DNA of 64,000 nucleotides. Origin: Nannocystis bainbridge (GTDB taxonomy: Bacteria; Myxococcota_A; Polyangia; Nannocystales; Nannocystaceae). The position numbers and the translations under genes were made by a program. The stretch lies in NCBI RefSeq assembly GCF_028368995.1, contig NZ_JAQNDL010000005.1, forward strand, positions 416,001 to 480,000. The letters are read 5' to 3'. Within the stretch, counting starts at the first letter, position 1; every line of letters starts with the position of its first letter. Under the pieces are notes generated by a model. That model did no database searches. It had not been told where the DNA came from and was given only the letters and a program-made list of their open reading frames with translations. Of the stretch, positions 63,714 through 64,000 are shown one piece after another.

Positions 63714-63843
63714 CCGGTCAGGCTATCATCGGCGCCGACGAGGAGGCAATCCATCCCCGAAACTCCGCCCCGATCGGACATATCGACGACCATCGCGCAT
63801 ACCCTGTCCAAAGCCGCCTGACCCTGGGTTATCTTCGCTGTGG

Positions 63844-64000
63844 GTGTTTACCCTCACCAACCGGACGTCCTGCCAGGTCCACACGCAACTGCTGCTCGAC
63901 GCCAATGGCGAAGAGCGCCTGCTGGTCCTCGCCAAGGCGAGCTTCCGCATCGAGGCCGGGAAGCTCGTGAGCGCCGACGCCGAGCTGGTGCTCGCCGATC
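63844..64000 (+). CDS. DUF2169 family T6SS adaptor-like protein, 3'-truncated by the window edge
   Basis: GTG 63844: MFTLTNRTSCQVHTQLLLDANGEERLLVLAKASFRI...ELVLAD fits the DUF2169 N-terminal pattern; absent from the ORF track. Confidence 0.65.
   Translation, partial: MFTLTNRTSCQVHTQLLLDANGEERLLVLAKASFRIEAGKLVSADAELVLAD

Overview
High-GC myxobacterial DNA, most likely Nannocystaceae (inferred from many lipoproteins with Ser/Thr/Gly-rich linkers and Cys-rich domains). All family assignments come from motif recognition and recalled sequences; no searches were run. There are three main accessory blocks. (1) A visibly more AT-rich biosynthetic operon (13.8-20.2 kb, minus strand): DAHP synthase, a VOC-like protein, a three-domain adenylation-ACP-alpha-oxoamine synthase whose PLP domain closely resembles saxitoxin SxtA4, a type II thioesterase and a chorismate lyase-like protein. 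Upstream lie a compound (GTGA)/(GTGAGTAA)/(GTAA) microsatellite and an unannotated 55-aa double-glycine-leader Cys-rich peptide. (2) A redox block (26.4-34.6 kb): catalase-LodA/GoxA fusion plus LodB, a RoxA-like dihaem protein and a second dihaem protein. (3) A divergently organised Francisella-pathogenicity-island-like type VI secretion locus (37.2-56.5 kb): fused IglA-IglB sheath, IglC-position tube, split VgrG, DUF4280/IglG, no ClpV. A compositionally foreign, glycosyltransferase-like candidate effector sits at each end of it. Also present: an OYE flavin oxidoreductase, an AlkC-like glycosylase, a DUF1501 triad with LysR, dbpA, a TerY-P (vWA/PP2C/kinase) triad and the start of a DUF2169 gene. 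No rRNA, tRNA, CRISPR array or intact transposase was recognised.
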